Assembly: GCA_945273835.1 (NCBI GenBank)
Contig: CALYPL010000001.1
Span: 15,540 to 79,539, forward strand
Direction: 5' to 3'
DNA length: 64,000 nt
Source: an uncultured Dysgonomonas sp.
GTDB lineage: Bacteria; Bacteroidota; Bacteroidia; Bacteroidales; Dysgonomonadaceae
The notes beneath the pieces are model-generated. The model had not been told where the DNA came from and did not search any database. It saw nothing but the letters and a program-made list of their open reading frames with translations. Shown piece by piece: positions 52,711 to 64,000 of this stretch. The position numbers and the translations under genes were made by a program. Positions within the stretch are counted from its first letter, which is position 1. Every line of letters starts with the position of its first letter.

Positions 52711-52895
52711 TAGCTCTAAAAAGTGTATTTGTGAAACTGAATTACAAATATAGTCCGATTTTTCGGATATATTAACGTATCATCTTGCAAAGAAATACTT
52801 TATCGACATAAAAAACTATAAATATACGGATAAATATAGCCAGAAGTAGATTTGGGTAATTTCATTGAAATGGTTTATGATGAAACATAATCAAC

Positions 52896-54146
52896 CTATA
52901 TTGAGAAATCCGCAAAAGAACTGATGATCAATAACACATTAAGCAACGTTACCAATATCGTAATACCATATAACAATATTCTTGTAAAAGGTTTATTGGC
53001 ATATTTACCCATCACAACTTTTGATGAAGTAAGTTTTACTTGAGTAAAAACCGTAATTGGCAATTGTAAGCTCAAAACTGCCTGTGAAATTATCAGTCCT
53101 TTAAATGGGTCATTGATAAAGAAGATAACGATCAATGCCAAACCAAGCGATAAAATAATCCCTTCCCTTGTGGAACGGTCCTTAATATTATATGACTCGT
53201 TGTTCATCCCTGCAAATATTGAACCTGCGGCTATTCCGGAAGTAATTGAAGAAGAAATCCCTGCTAAGAGCAATGCAACTGCAAAAACTATGGCGGCATT
53301 CCCACCAAGTAAAGGATATAACAAAGACTGAGCCTGTTGTAAATCGTCCACAACAACCGCATCTTTGAAAAACGTTGCTGCTGCAAGCAGAACCATAGCA
53401 CTATTTATTGCCCACCCGATACCCATTGAGAGTATGGTATCCATAAACTCATATTTTAATTGTCGCTCTATTTCTCGTTCATCTTTTTTATTCAATGCCC
53501 TGCTTTGGATAATCTCAGAATGTAAAAACAGATTATGAGGCATAACCACTGCTCCGACAACACTCATGATCAACAACATACTACCTTGGGGTATAGATGG
53601 GGTTATGCATGCTGAAGCCGCTTCGCCCCAATCAATATCAATCAGAAATAACTCATAAATAAAAGACAGTCCGATGAGTGAAACGAAAGCAATGATATAG
53701 CGTTCTATCTTTTTATAAGAGTTTGTACAAATCAAGATAAAGACAAACACCGTCACTAACACAGCACCGAGTTTTATAGGTACTTTAAATAGCATCTCCA
53801 AAGCAATAGCACCGCCCAACACTTCAGCCAAAGATGTGGATACTGATGCGGCAATAGCTGACCATAAAACAAATCGGGAACCGTTTCTTGGTAAATATTT
53901 ATTAGCGGCTTCGGACAGACATAATCCTGTGACAATTCCAAGATGAGCCACATTATGCTGTAGTATAATCAACATCACAGTCGACAGGGTTACGACCCAA
54001 AGCAATACATATCCGAACTCCGAACCTGCCGCAAAATTTGATGCCCAGTTACCCGGATCAATAAACCCGACCGTGACTAATAAGCCCGGTCCTATATATT
54101 TTAACAGTTCAATTATTTTTGCCTTAAAATGAATATATTTCAACAT
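52896..54146 (-). CDS. mntH: Nramp family divalent metal (Mn2+/Fe2+) transporter
   Basis: GPGLLVTVGFIDPGNW, GAVVMPHNLFLHS, SQAVLSLQLP. Confidence 0.92.
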   Translation of the reverse strand: MLKYIHFKAKIIELLKYIGPGLLVTVGFIDPGNWASNFAAGSEFGYVLLWVVTLSTVMLIILQHNVAHLGIVTGLCLSEAANKYLPRNGSRFVLWSAIAASVSTSLAEVLGGAIALEMLFKVPIKLGAVLVTVFVFILICTNSYKKIERYIIAFVSLIGLSFIYELFLIDIDWGEAASACITPSIPQGSMLLIMSVVGAVVMPHNLFLHSEIIQSRALNKKDEREIERQLKYEFMDTILSMGIGWAINSAMVLLAAATFFKDAVVVDDLQQAQSLLYPLLGGNAAIVFAVALLLAGISSSITSGIAAGSIFAGMNNESYNIKDRSTREGIILSLGLALIVIFFINDPFKGLIISQAVLSLQLPITVFTQVKLTSSKVVMGKYANKPFTRILLYGITILVTLLNVLLIISSFADFSI

Positions 54147-54270
54147 AAATCACGAAAAAGTCTTGTTAAAGGGTTCTCTCATAAATTGAGATATAAATAA
54201 ACTACTTTACTTTTTATATAACAATCGAAAAACGCAAAAAGATAATATTATTTTTGAATATTGATAAAAC

Positions 54271-55896
54271 ATGAAAAAGCATTACATTTGCAATCAGACA
54301 ATTATGTTCCAAGATATGACAAAAGCGAAGACCGAAACTAAGGCAAACAATCATAAGCAATTATGGCTTTATCTTTGCGCACTCGCATTGATATTTATTA
54401 TAGCTTTCAGTTATGCTTTCAACAGCAAGATTGATCTGAACGGCGACAATTGCGATTATTACATGCTTGCAACATCTATTTCAACTGGTCACGGGTATGC
54501 CAATATAGCATCACCCGATTACAGACCCAGTGACCTGTTCCCTCCCGGTTATCCGTTGCTGATGGCGCTCATCCGCTTTTTTACTGACAGCGTGATCGCT
54601 CAGAAAATACTAAACGGACTATTCCTTCTTGTTTCAAGCCTGTTGCTTTTTCTCTTTGTACGTAAAAACAAATTCCCCGAAAGCCTTGCTTTCATATCAT
54701 GTTGTGCAATTCTGCTTAACGCCCGTATACTGCATTTCGCAACCATGATGATGAGCGAAATGTCATATCTTATGTTTTCTGTCTTCGTCGTTTGGGCGTT
54801 ATTCAAAACTGAGGATAAAGATAAACCTTTCTGGAAAAACGCTTGGTTTTATCTGCTTATCATTGCTTCTGCATATGCTTATCACATCCGTACGCAAGGC
54901 ATTGCGCTTATTGCCGCTGTAATATGCTATCTTATTATCACAAAAAAATGGAAGCAGACAATTATTTATATCATGGGTTTTATGGTTTGCCTATTACCTT
55001 GGATTATACGGAATAAAATTATAGGTTTAGGACAAAGCCGTTATCTGGATCAGATTTTTGCTGTAAGCCAACATAGACCGGAAGATGGAACGCTAACAAT
55101 TGGAGGTGTGATTGAACGTTTTTTCGATACCTTACGGATGCTTCTAACAAAAGCCATACCCAACACGGTTATGCCATATATCAATGTTGATTATAGTTCT
55201 TCTACTACAGTTGGCGAATGGATAATCGCTGCCATTATAGTTGCGCTCATTATAATCGGCTTTCTCAAGTTTGGTAAATTCGGTTATTTCTTTATACTAT
55301 ACACGTTGGCAACGCTCGGTGTAATCTCCTTATTCAATGATCCCGGTGAGAATCGTTATATTACCACATTGGTTCCTTATCTCGAAATCGGATTATTCAT
55401 CGGGCTTTATAGTGTAATTGCGGTCGGTGTAAAAAAACTGAAAATAGCTCAACAATTTTCCCCTTGGATACTATGCGTTTTGTTTGTCTTCTGTTCTTTT
55501 CCGAAGCTGAAAGCTGAACACAACCAAAACACAGCACCTTTTCCGCCTAACTTCCAGAATTATTTCACCATCGGAGAAGGAATAAGAAAGGCATTACCGC
55601 CAAAGACTATGATATGCTCACGCAAACCCAACCTGTTGTATATGTTCAGTAAAACATGGGTTTGTAACTACAAATGGACAAACGATGAAAGCGAATTGAT
55701 ATCAGATTTGGTAAAGCGTAATGTTGACTATGTTATTCTTGACCAGCTCGGATACAGCTCGACTTACAGATATTTGTTGCCGGCCATTCAGAATCATCAG
55801 CAATTATTTACACCTGTGATGCATCTAACTAACCCTGATACCTATCTATTGAAGTTCGACAGAGAAGCGGCATCGAAAGAATTCAATATAAAATAA
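54271..55896 (+). CDS. GT-C-fold membrane glycosyltransferase (ArnT/PMT, GT39/GT83-like)
   Basis: First TM helix followed by loop GDNCDYYMLA, PPGYPLL, MSEMSY, IRTQG; about 11 TM helices. True start may be 54304 or 54316; -7 box TATTTTTG at 54249..54256. Confidence 0.7.
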   Translation: MKKHYICNQTIMFQDMTKAKTETKANNHKQLWLYLCALALIFIIAFSYAFNSKIDLNGDNCDYYMLATSISTGHGYANIASPDYRPSDLFPPGYPLLMALIRFFTDSVIAQKILNGLFLLVSSLLLFLFVRKNKFPESLAFISCCAILLNARILHFATMMMSEMSYLMFSVFVVWALFKTEDKDKPFWKNAWFYLLIIASAYAYHIRTQGIALIAAVICYLIITKKWKQTIIYIMGFMVCLLPWIIRNKIIGLGQSRYLDQIFAVSQHRPEDGTLTIGGVIERFFDTLRMLLTKAIPNTVMPYINVDYSSSTTVGEWIIAAIIVALIIIGFLKFGKFGYFFILYTLATLGVISLFNDPGENRYITTLVPYLEIGLFIGLYSVIAVGVKKLKIAQQFSPWILCVLFVFCSFPKLKAEHNQNTAPFPPNFQNYFTIGEGIRKALPPKTMICSRKPNLLYMFSKTWVCNYKWTNDESELISDLVKRNVDYVILDQLGYSSTYRYLLPAIQNHQQLFTPVMHLTNPDTYLLKFDREAASKEFNIK

Positions 55897-55902
55897 ATCA
55901 AG

Positions 55903-56526
55903 TTGCATCTTAAAGACTACTTCTACTTTACCCGATCTGAAAGAAGAGCTATACTCATTCTGCTTGTTCTCATTATAGTAGTAGGAGGGGCCTGTATAAT
56001 AACCAATCCGAAAGAAGTTCTGGAAGCGACTCCTGACGAAAAGCTAACCGAAGACTTTGAGAAATTCAAAGCGGCTTTAGATGTGCAAAAATCTGCTTCG
56101 CCCCGTAAATTGCGTGAAGGGGAAACCATAGAAATAAACAGCGCGGATACTTCGGTTCTTAAAACTATACCCGGTATCGGTTCGAGTTATGCCGCACGTA
56201 TAATCAAATACAGAGAAGCTTTAGGTGGATTTGTTTCCAAGAACCAATTGTATGAGGTATGGGGTATAAACGATGAACGCTACAATATGATTGAACCGTA
56301 TATCACAATACAGGGCAAGCCACGAACATTAGCCGTCAATAAGCTAAGCATCGAACAACTGAATGCCCATCCTTATATTACCTATCGTCAAGCTAAAACA
56401 ATCATAGATATTCGTTCCCGAAAAGGTTTTATAAAGTCAATGAATAAACTTGCTTTGCTTGACGAATTTACACCAAAGGATATAAAGCGACTTACTCCTT
56501 ATCTCAATTTTAACGAATCGGAATAA
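55903..56526 (+). CDS. ComEA-like helix-hairpin-helix DNA-binding membrane protein
   Basis: TTG start; FTRSERRAI + TM helix; EINSADTSVLKTIPGIG..YA.RII.YR..LGGF; second HhH region. Confidence 0.82.
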   Translation: MHLKDYFYFTRSERRAILILLVLIIVVGGACIITNPKEVLEATPDEKLTEDFEKFKAALDVQKSASPRKLREGETIEINSADTSVLKTIPGIGSSYAARIIKYREALGGFVSKNQLYEVWGINDERYNMIEPYITIQGKPRTLAVNKLSIEQLNAHPYITYRQAKTIIDIRSRKGFIKSMNKLALLDEFTPKDIKRLTPYLNFNESE

Positions 56527-56540
56527 TCCACTTCAGCGTA

Positions 56541-57422
56541 TTAAGAATAAATTTCTTTTTTGCCCGCCAAAAGTGTATTTCTCATCAATGATATTATAGT
56601 CATCGGTCCTACACCCCCGGGAACAGGCGTGATAAAAGAAGCCTTGCGGGAAACTTCCTCAAACATCACGTCTCCTTTGATACGGAACCCCGATTTAGTT
56701 TCTGACGACGGCACACGTGTTGTACCCACATCAATAACCACAACTCCATCCTTAACCATATCTCCTTTCAGAAATTCTGGCACACCAAGAGCAGCGATAA
56801 TAATATCGGCTGACAAACAAATTTCTTTGATGTTCGGAGTGCGACTGTGGCAGACAGTTACCGTTGCATCGCCGGGATAACCTTTTTGAAGCATCAGATT
56901 TGCCACGGGTTTACCTACGATATTGCTTCTTCCTAACACAACACAATGTTTACCTTGTGTCTTAATATCATAACGTTTCAGTAGTTCGAGTATGCCTGCA
57001 GGGGTAGCCGATACAAAACAAGGCAAGCCGATAGACATACGCCCTACATTAATCGGGTGAAATCCATCCACATCTTTACGATAATCAATTGCTTCGATAA
57101 TCTTCTGTTCCGATATATGTTTCGGAAGCGGGAGCTGTACGATAAAACCGTCTACATCAGGGTCATTGTTGAGATTGTCGACACAGGCCAACAAATCTGC
57201 CTCACTGACATCGCTGTCAAATCTGATCAGAGTGGATTTAAAACCGACCTCTTCACATGTACGAACTTTATTGGCAACGTATGTTTCACTACCGCCGTCG
57301 TGTCCCACAAGCACAGCGGCAAGATGAGGGGTTTTACCTCCTGCAGCCGTAATGGCACGCACTTCTTCCGCAATTTCCTTTTTCATCTGAGCCGCTATGG
57401 CTTTACCATCAATAAGTTGCAT
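56541..57422 (-). CDS. folD: Bifunctional methylenetetrahydrofolate dehydrogenase/cyclohydrolase
   Basis: MQLIDGK (start 57422), [42 protein letters not shown]. Confidence 0.96.
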   Translation of the reverse strand: MQLIDGKAIAAQMKKEIAEEVRAITAAGGKTPHLAAVLVGHDGGSETYVANKVRTCEEVGFKSTLIRFDSDVSEADLLACVDNLNNDPDVDGFIVQLPLPKHISEQKIIEAIDYRKDVDGFHPINVGRMSIGLPCFVSATPAGILELLKRYDIKTQGKHCVVLGRSNIVGKPVANLMLQKGYPGDATVTVCHSRTPNIKEICLSADIIIAALGVPEFLKGDMVKDGVVVIDVGTTRVPSSETKSGFRIKGDVMFEEVSRKASFITPVPGGVGPMTIISLMRNTLLAGKKEIYS

Positions 57423-57812
57423 CACAATAGTATTTTTCCCGTTTAAATTATTAACATAAGTCACTGACAACTAAAGTTATCCATATCAAAAAGTAACATA
57501 AGTAACAATTATCAGCTATGTTTTAAAATAGTTTTCCGCTGATTCTCTGATAATATAATCCGGCAAAAACGGAAACTAAACAAAGATAAAACTTTGCACC
57601 ATTTAACACATAATTACTATCACATAAATTTCATATCGTTCTACAATTATAAAGATAATTAAATGCAATTTTTCTATATTTAGAGATTATCTGACTTGTT
57701 ACGAAAACATCGATATTAGAGGATAGATCTCAATTCCGTTGAAAAAAATATCATGAAGCGGCAACCCGTAAATCTTGGCTCGGCAATTCGCATATATATC
57801 CGAATAAATAAT

Positions 57813-57820
57813 TACCTTTG
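57813..57820 (+). promoter_or_regulatory. -7 box for leuS-yitT
   Basis: TACCTTTG 38 nt before the ATG. Confidence 0.6.
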
Positions 57821-57857
57821 CGGCTGATATAAAAACCTAATAAGTTAATTTTCAGTC

Positions 57858-60659
57858 ATGGAGTATAATTTTAAAGAAATTGAAAAACGCTGGCAGGAAT
57901 ACTGGATCAAAAATAAAACATATAAAGTAACAGAAGACAATAACAAACCGAAATATTATGTACTCGATATGTTTCCCTACCCATCAGGGGCAGGACTGCA
58001 TGTCGGTCATCCGCTCGGATACATAGCATCCGATATATTTTCACGCTACAAACGTTCCAAAGGCTTTAATGTTCTTCACCCGATGGGATACGATGCCTAT
58101 GGACTTCCTGCGGAACAATATGCGATACAGACAGGACAACATCCTGCCATAACCACGGAACAAAACATCAATCGTTACCATGAACAGCTTGACAAAATCG
58201 GGTTTTCGTTCGATTGGAGCCGTGAGATACGTACTTGTGATCCTGAATATTATCATTGGACACAATGGGCGTTCATCCGCATGTTCAACTCTTATTTCTG
58301 CCAACAGAAACAACAGGCACGCCCTATTGAAGAACTTATTCAGAAATTCAAGACTAACGGAACTAAAGGATTGGATATAGCCTGCACTGATGAACTATCG
58401 TTCACGGCAGAGCAATGGAACGCTAAGTCTGACAAGGAAAAACAGGAGATTTTATTAAACTATCGGATAGCTTATCTGGCAGATACTACCGTGAATTGGT
58501 GTCCCGAACTCGGAACGGTACTCGCCAACGACGAAGTCATCAACGGACTTTCTGAACGTGGCGGATATCCTGTTATACAACGGGTAATGCGCCAATGGAG
58601 TTTGCGTATATCAGCTTATGCTCAACGATTGCTTGACGGATTAGACTCAATTGACTGGAGCGACTCTATCAAAGAGACACAGCGCAACTGGATTGGCAGA
58701 AGCGAAGGTGCGGAAATGCAATTCAAAGTGAAAGATTCTGATGTCACATTCGACATCTTTACTACCCGAGCCGACACTATTTTCGGCGTAACCTTTATGG
58801 TTCTTGCTCCTGAAAGCCAATACGTGCCTTTGGTAACAACCAATGAACAAAAAAACGAAGTAGAAGCCTATCTCGAATCGACTAAACGCCGTACCGAACG
58901 TGAACGCATCGCTGATAAAAAAGTTTCGGGTGTATTTACGGGTTCTTACGCCATTAATCCTTTCAACGGACAAGAAATACCGATCTGGGTGTCCGATTAT
59001 GTTTTAGCCGGATACGGAACAGGTGCTATTATGGCGGTTCCTGCACACGACAGCCGTGATTATGCTTTTGCTAAACACTTTCAGCTCCCCATAATACCTT
59101 TGATTGAAGGGGCTGATGTATCTGAATCGAGCTATGACGCTAAGGAAGGAATAATGATAAATTCAGGCTTTCTGAATGGATTGAATGTGAAAGAAGCAAT
59201 AGCCAAGACCAAAGAATATATTAAGGAAAATAATCTCGGAAAAGTAAAAATAAACTACCGTATCCGTGATGCCATCTTTTCGCGTCAACGCTATTGGGGC
59301 GAACCTTTCCCTGTTTATTACAAAGATGGAATGCCTTATATGTTGCCACTTGAAGCTCTGCCTCTGAAATTGCCCGAAGTAGATAAATATCTTCCAACCG
59401 AAGCCGGTGAGCCTCCTTTAGGGCGTGCAACTTGTTGGGCGTGGGATGTGGAGAATAAGCAAGTGGTTGAGAACACTAAAATAAACAATAGCACCGTATT
59501 TCCTTTAGAGCTGAATACAATGCCCGGATTTGCCGGATCGTCAGCATACTATTTGCGTTATATGGATCCGCACAACGACAAAGCGCTTGTGTCGAAAGAA
59601 AAAGACGAGTATTGGCAAAATGTGGATTTATATATCGGTGGAATTGAACATGCTACCGGACATCTTATATACAGCCGTTTCTGGAACAAATTCTTATTCG
59701 ACATTGAGGTTTCATGTAAAGAAGAACCTTTTGGTAAACTCATCAATCAGGGAATGATTCAAGGACGAAGCAATTTTGTTTACCGCATCAACGGAACCAA
59801 CAAATTTGTGTCATTGAACTTGAAAGATCAATATGAGACAACTGAACTGCATGTGGATGTCAATATTGTGAACAATGATATTCTCGACAAGGAAAAATTC
59901 AAAGCATGGCGACCTGAGTTTGCTACAGCCGAATTTATAGAAGAAGACGGTAAATATGTATGTGGTTGGAGCGTGGAAAAAATGTCGAAATCCATGTTCA
60001 ACGTTGTGAATCCTGACGATATTGTTGAAAATTACGGAGCTGACACTCTCCGCCTGTACGAAATGTTTTTAGGTCCGTTAGAGCAATCCAAACCTTGGGA
60101 CACTAACGGAATAGACGGTGTACATCGTTTTCTGCGTAAACTTTGGAATCTGTTCCATACGAGTGAACAGCTTAATTTATCGACTGATGCTCCTACGAAA
60201 GAAGAATTGAAATCTCTTCATAAACTTATCAAAAAAGTTTCTACTGATATAGAAGCTTTTTCGTTCAACACATCTGTGTCAGCATTCATGATATGTGTTA
60301 ATGAGCTTACCACATTAAAATGCCGTAAAAAAACTATCCTTCAAGAACTTATAATCATACTTGCACCTTTCGCACCACACATCGGCGAAGAGTTGTGGCA
60401 TGCCTTAGGCAACGAAAATTCAGTTTGTGATGCTAAATGGCCAACCTACAACGAAGATTATCTGAAAGAAGACGTAGTGAAATACGCTGTAGCATTTAAC
60501 GGCAAAGTACGTTTCGATGTTGAGTTTGCCGCGGATGCCCCGAAAGAAGAGGTTGAAAAAAGCGTCATTGAAAGCGAGCAAGCTAAAAAATGGCTTGAGG
60601 GCAAAGAACCCCGCAAAATAATTTTCGTGCCTCGTAAAATGGTAAATATTGTATTATAA
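57858..60659 (+). CDS. leuS: Leucine--tRNA ligase
   Basis: [14 protein letters not shown], editing domain TTRADT...[28 protein letters not shown]. Confidence 0.98.
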   Translation: MEYNFKEIEKRWQEYWIKNKTYKVTEDNNKPKYYVLDMFPYPSGAGLHVGHPLGYIASDIFSRYKRSKGFNVLHPMGYDAYGLPAEQYAIQTGQHPAITTEQNINRYHEQLDKIGFSFDWSREIRTCDPEYYHWTQWAFIRMFNSYFCQQKQQARPIEELIQKFKTNGTKGLDIACTDELSFTAEQWNAKSDKEKQEILLNYRIAYLADTTVNWCPELGTVLANDEVINGLSERGGYPVIQRVMRQWSLRISAYAQRLLDGLDSIDWSDSIKETQRNWIGRSEGAEMQFKVKDSDVTFDIFTTRADTIFGVTFMVLAPESQYVPLVTTNEQKNEVEAYLESTKRRTERERIADKKVSGVFTGSYAINPFNGQEIPIWVSDYVLAGYGTGAIMAVPAHDSRDYAFAKHFQLPIIPLIEGADVSESSYDAKEGIMINSGFLNGLNVKEAIAKTKEYIKENNLGKVKINYRIRDAIFSRQRYWGEPFPVYYKDGMPYMLPLEALPLKLPEVDKYLPTEAGEPPLGRATCWAWDVENKQVVENTKINNSTVFPLELNTMPGFAGSSAYYLRYMDPHNDKALVSKEKDEYWQNVDLYIGGIEHATGHLIYSRFWNKFLFDIEVSCKEEPFGKLINQGMIQGRSNFVYRINGTNKFVSLNLKDQYETTELHVDVNIVNNDILDKEKFKAWRPEFATAEFIEEDGKYVCGWSVEKMSKSMFNVVNPDDIVENYGADTLRLYEMFLGPLEQSKPWDTNGIDGVHRFLRKLWNLFHTSEQLNLSTDAPTKEELKSLHKLIKKVSTDIEAFSFNTSVSAFMICVNELTTLKCRKKTILQELIIILAPFAPHIGEELWHALGNENSVCDAKWPTYNEDYLKEDVVKYAVAFNGKVRFDVEFAADAPKEEVEKSVIESEQAKKWLEGKEPRKIIFVPRKMVNIVL

Positions 60660-60670
60660 ATTGATTGAAC

Positions 60671-61543
60671 ATGCCTAAAAGATATCTCAAAAAATTTTAT
60701 GTAAAAGACTATGTCATTATACTCATAGGTTTAATACTTTACGCTGTCGGCTTAATCGGGTTTATAAAAACGGGGGGAATTGTAACAGGCGGATTGGCGG
60801 GTGTAGCTATGCTTGTTGAATACGCCACAAACGGAAAGATACCCCTTCAATATACATACTTTGTTGTTAACTTCATCCTGTTAACCATAGCATTGAAGGT
60901 ATTAGGCTTTAAGTTCCTTTCAAAAACTATATTTGGTGTACTGGTTCTCACATTATTAATAAGCCTTTGTCAAATCATTTTCAAAGAACCGATAATCAAA
61001 GGCGAACCGTTAATGTCAGCCATCATCGGAGCAATGATGTGTGGAGCGGGTATCGGATTGGTATTCAGCGCAAATGGAAGTACAGGCGGAACAGATATAG
61101 TGGTAGCCCTGATCAACAAGTATAAGAATATAAGTTTCGGACGAGGTATGATGTTTTGTGACTTCACAATCATCTGTTGTTCATACTTCGTATTCCACGA
61201 TTACCAAAAAATAATTGTAGGTATCATTGTCATGATAGTCATGACCTACTGTATTGATTTAGTGATCAATGGTATCAGACAATCGGTGCAGTTCATGATA
61301 TTTTCGGACAAATACGAGATCATAGCAGATGCCATAAACCGAGAGTTACATCGTGGCTGTACACTGCTTGATGCTACCGGCTGGTATTCAAAAAAATCGA
61401 CTAAAGTAATTGTATTGCTTGCTAAACGGAACGAGTCTTTACAAATATTCAGGCTTATTAAAAGCATTGATGATAAAGCCTTTATAGCTCAGGCAAATGT
61501 AAGAGGCGTTTATGGCGAAGGCTTTGATTCGATAAAAAGCTAA
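60671..61543 (+). CDS. YitT family membrane protein (DUF161/DUF2179)
   Basis: GGIVTGGLAG, NGSTGGTDIV, RGCT...TGWYS, IK.ID..AF; ATG 60671 preferred over TTG 60665. Confidence 0.88.
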   Translation: MPKRYLKKFYVKDYVIILIGLILYAVGLIGFIKTGGIVTGGLAGVAMLVEYATNGKIPLQYTYFVVNFILLTIALKVLGFKFLSKTIFGVLVLTLLISLCQIIFKEPIIKGEPLMSAIIGAMMCGAGIGLVFSANGSTGGTDIVVALINKYKNISFGRGMMFCDFTIICCSYFVFHDYQKIIVGIIVMIVMTYCIDLVINGIRQSVQFMIFSDKYEIIADAINRELHRGCTLLDATGWYSKKSTKVIVLLAKRNESLQIFRLIKSIDDKAFIAQANVRGVYGEGFDSIKS

Positions 61544-61622
61544 ACCGTTAAACGGATATAGCTTTCGGGTAGTATTCGGTAGACTACATAGCCAATTTCC
61601 GTTAAACTAAGTTGGCAGAGAT

Positions 61623-62390
61623 ATGCGAATAGCGGACAAACACATAATTATAACTGGTGCATCGTCGGGTATTGGGTTAGAAATGCTCAAACTTCTTATG
61701 CAATATCCGAACGTGCGGATTATAGCCGTAGCGCGTAATATCGACAATATCCCCTGTAAAGGTAATGTTGTTATACCCTTTTCAGCCGATGTAAGTACAC
61801 AACAAGGCGTGGATACATTATTCGACTTCGCCCATCGTACTTTCGGACAAACAGATATATTCATCGCAAACGCAGGATTCGCCTATCTTGAAACGCTAAG
61901 TAAACCTGATTGGCAACATATACAGAACATTTTCAATCTGAATGTTTGCTCTCCCATTTATTCGCTTCAAAAGTTTGCAAGTGAAAGCAGGGACAAGAAA
62001 ACTTTTGTCTGCACAATCTCCGGTGCAGGGCTCGTTCCCCTACCCGCTTATTCGCTATACTGTTCGACCAAAGCGGCTTTGAAACAGTTTATAAATACTT
62101 ATAATTACGAGAAATCTGACAACCTATTACTGACATCGGTATTTCCTGTAGCGACACGTACCGATTTTTTCGATAAAGCGGCAAAACAGACAAATGCTCC
62201 TTTGCCATGGCCTCGGCAAGAAGCGGATACGGTGGCAAAAAAAATTATCAATGCGATTGAAAAGGAGCGGAAAGAAGTTTATCCGTCACTAATTTTCAGA
62301 TTGCTTTATCCGATAGGCAGAGCATTTCCCATACTACTGCATCTATATTCTTTGTCCGAAAAGAAGAAGGTGAAAAGCTTGCTAAATTAA
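61623..62390 (+). CDS. Short-chain dehydrogenase/reductase
   Basis: ITGASSGIG, ANAG, YCSTK (YxxxK). Confidence 0.88.
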   Translation: MRIADKHIIITGASSGIGLEMLKLLMQYPNVRIIAVARNIDNIPCKGNVVIPFSADVSTQQGVDTLFDFAHRTFGQTDIFIANAGFAYLETLSKPDWQHIQNIFNLNVCSPIYSLQKFASESRDKKTFVCTISGAGLVPLPAYSLYCSTKAALKQFINTYNYEKSDNLLLTSVFPVATRTDFFDKAAKQTNAPLPWPRQEADTVAKKIINAIEKERKEVYPSLIFRLLYPIGRAFPILLHLYSLSEKKKVKSLLN

Positions 62391-62391
62391 A

Positions 62392-63417
62392 TTATCCTTT
62401 ACGATTCCGGTAAGAGAAAATACCGATGGCGATTAAGCCGGTAAGCGGGACCCAAATAATTGTCTGTATACCATAAACAACAAAAGCAAATGCTTCGGAA
62501 GATTCGGCGGAAACACCGTATAAAACAAGCGAAGCAATGATAGCGGCGTGCCATGCACCCATACCGCCGTTGGTAGGAACAATCATACTGAGGCTACCCA
62601 TTGCAAAAGCTACTAATCCAACTTTAAATCCTAAATCGACGGTAAAGTCGAATGCATAAAAAGGAATGTACGAATAGAAGAAGTAGCATACATAAATAGC
62701 GATACTGTAAAAAATAAGCTCTTTCTTTTGTCTCATTTTTCCGATAGACTTCATATCACTCCACATATTTGAAAAGAGTTCACGTACTTTACGTACTATC
62801 TTGGTATCGCCAAAGAACTTGAAGATTACAAAAACGATAATCGCCAATACGACCAGAGCGATATAGGGCATAGGAGATTCGATGAAACTCATAAGCGAAT
62901 CGAACACGTTTTTATTGTCTTTCAGATAATTCAAAAAGAATTGCATATTGACACAAAAAGCCAGCAACAATAGGACAGCCACCGTCAATGTGTCAAGAAG
63001 GCGATCTAAGATCAAAGTACCGAACAATTTAGCAAAGGGTATTTTCTCTTCTTTCGATACAACTCCGCAACGCCACAACTCGCCGGCACGAGGCAAAGCA
63101 AGGTTAACGGCATAATTACCAAAAAACGAAAGTGTAAGATTGGACACTCCCGGGTTATAGCCCAAAGGGGTTATAAGCAGTTTCCAGCGCAATGCTCGTA
63201 TGTAATTGGCAAATGCGCCGAATATAAGCGAAAATGCAAGAATACCGAAGTTTGCATCCTTCAGTATCGCCCACATTTTATTGAAGTCTGTATTGCGAAA
63301 CAAGAAATATAGAATAAGAATGCCTAAGGCCAAAGGCAGAATTATTTTAAACAAAATATTCAGAAATGATCTTTTTTCCGGCTTTTTACCTTGCTCTTGT
63401 TGAGTAGAATTGTCCAT
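62392..63417 (-). CDS. Lysylphosphatidylglycerol synthase TM region / flippase-like (UPF0104) membrane protein
   Basis: RALRWK.L, GNYAVN..LPRAGE..RC, GT....R..D, PTNGG.G.WH. Confidence 0.85.
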   Translation of the reverse strand: MDNSTQQEQGKKPEKRSFLNILFKIILPLALGILILYFLFRNTDFNKMWAILKDANFGILAFSLIFGAFANYIRALRWKLLITPLGYNPGVSNLTLSFFGNYAVNLALPRAGELWRCGVVSKEEKIPFAKLFGTLILDRLLDTLTVAVLLLLAFCVNMQFFLNYLKDNKNVFDSLMSFIESPMPYIALVVLAIIVFVIFKFFGDTKIVRKVRELFSNMWSDMKSIGKMRQKKELIFYSIAIYVCYFFYSYIPFYAFDFTVDLGFKVGLVAFAMGSLSMIVPTNGGMGAWHAAIIASLVLYGVSAESSEAFAFVVYGIQTIIWVPLTGLIAIGIFSYRNRKG

Positions 63418-63481
63418 TGTAATATTTTAAGAACCTATGCTTAAATTTGCGGAAGGATCAATCCAAGTAGAATAAAATCCT

Positions 63482-63489
63482 TAACTTTG
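63482..63489 (+). promoter_or_regulatory. -7 box for rsmA (a second box, TAAATTTG, lies at 63442..63449)
   Basis: TAACTTTG 37 nt before the ATG. Confidence 0.55.
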
Positions 63490-63525
63490 CGGCTTCAAAG
63501 ATAATGAATTTTATTTTAATCCGTT

Positions 63526-64000
63526 ATGGCAACAGTAAAACCAAAAAAATTTCTTGGCCAGCATTTCCTTAAAGATCTGTCTGTTGCCCGCCGCATAGCG
63601 GACACTTTAGACTATTTCCAGCATACTCCTGTACTTGAAATCGGTCCGGGTATGGGCGTTCTTACACAATACCTCATCGAAAAAGGTAAAGACCTGACGG
63701 TGATTGAACTCGACAGAGAATCTGTCCCTTACCTTCAGACGCATTATCCGGCTTTGTCGGGACGCATCATCGAAGGTGATTTTCTTAAACTTGATTTACA
63801 TACACTTTACACTGATCAATTTTGCGTAATAGGCAATTATCCTTATAATATATCTTCGCAGATTTTATTTAAAGTACTTGATTATAAAAATAATATACCT
63901 TGCTGTTCCGGGATGTTCCAAAAAGAGGTAGCTGAACGTGTGGCGGCTAAACCCGGAAGCAAAACTTACGGCATCATCAGTGTCTTGATGCAAGCATGGT
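63526..64000 (+). CDS. rsmA: 16S rRNA m6,2A dimethyltransferase, 3' end runs off the window
   Basis: Manual translation (not in the track): MATVKPKKFLGQHFL...VLEIGPGMGVLT...IELD...IGNYPYNISSQI...GMFQKEVAER...KTYGIISV. Confidence 0.96.
   Translation, partial: MATVKPKKFLGQHFLKDLSVARRIADTLDYFQHTPVLEIGPGMGVLTQYLIEKGKDLTVIELDRESVPYLQTHYPALSGRIIEGDFLKLDLHTLYTDQFCVIGNYPYNISSQILFKVLDYKNNIPCCSGMFQKEVAERVAAKPGSKTYGIISVLMQAW

Noticed and set aside
57470-57857. Riboswitch, T-box or leader peptide in the 390-nt folD-leuS spacer
   Set aside because: The spacer is AT-rich with no convincing stems or consensus motifs; the 24-aa ORF from 57753 overlaps the leuS -7 box.

Overview
This window is a gene-dense, low-GC core-chromosome segment from a Bacteroidales bacterium. 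The assignment rests on many TAnnTTTG -7 promoter boxes, A-rich translation starts and the pattern of gene families; a Dysgonomonas/Porphyromonadaceae-like organism is my inference. It holds about 50 CDSs, mostly housekeeping (pta, ackA, miaA, ftsK, dxs, trkAH, rnr, rpmH, folA, cca, tldD/pmbA, ftsH, rsfS, mntH, folD, leuS, rsmA), and one tRNA-Leu(TAG). I found no transposase, integrase, phage gene, CRISPR array or tandem-repeat array, and no clear-cut novel multi-gene system. Four coding regions are absent from the supplied ORF track: a partial agmatine deiminase, rpmH, a 43-aa microprotein next to tRNA-Leu and a partial rsmA. The leads most worth following are: (1) a coupled cassette of two unclassified GT-A-like paralogs plus an alpha-1,2-fucosyltransferase; (2) a chimeric OmpA-barrel/DUF3868-type-C-terminus/TPR outer-membrane protein; (3) the microprotein; (4) a degenerate 3-hydroxyacyl-CoA dehydrogenase homolog between pta and ackA; (5) a YtxH-holin-like-unknown triplet. 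All family assignments come from motif recognition by eye; no database was searched.
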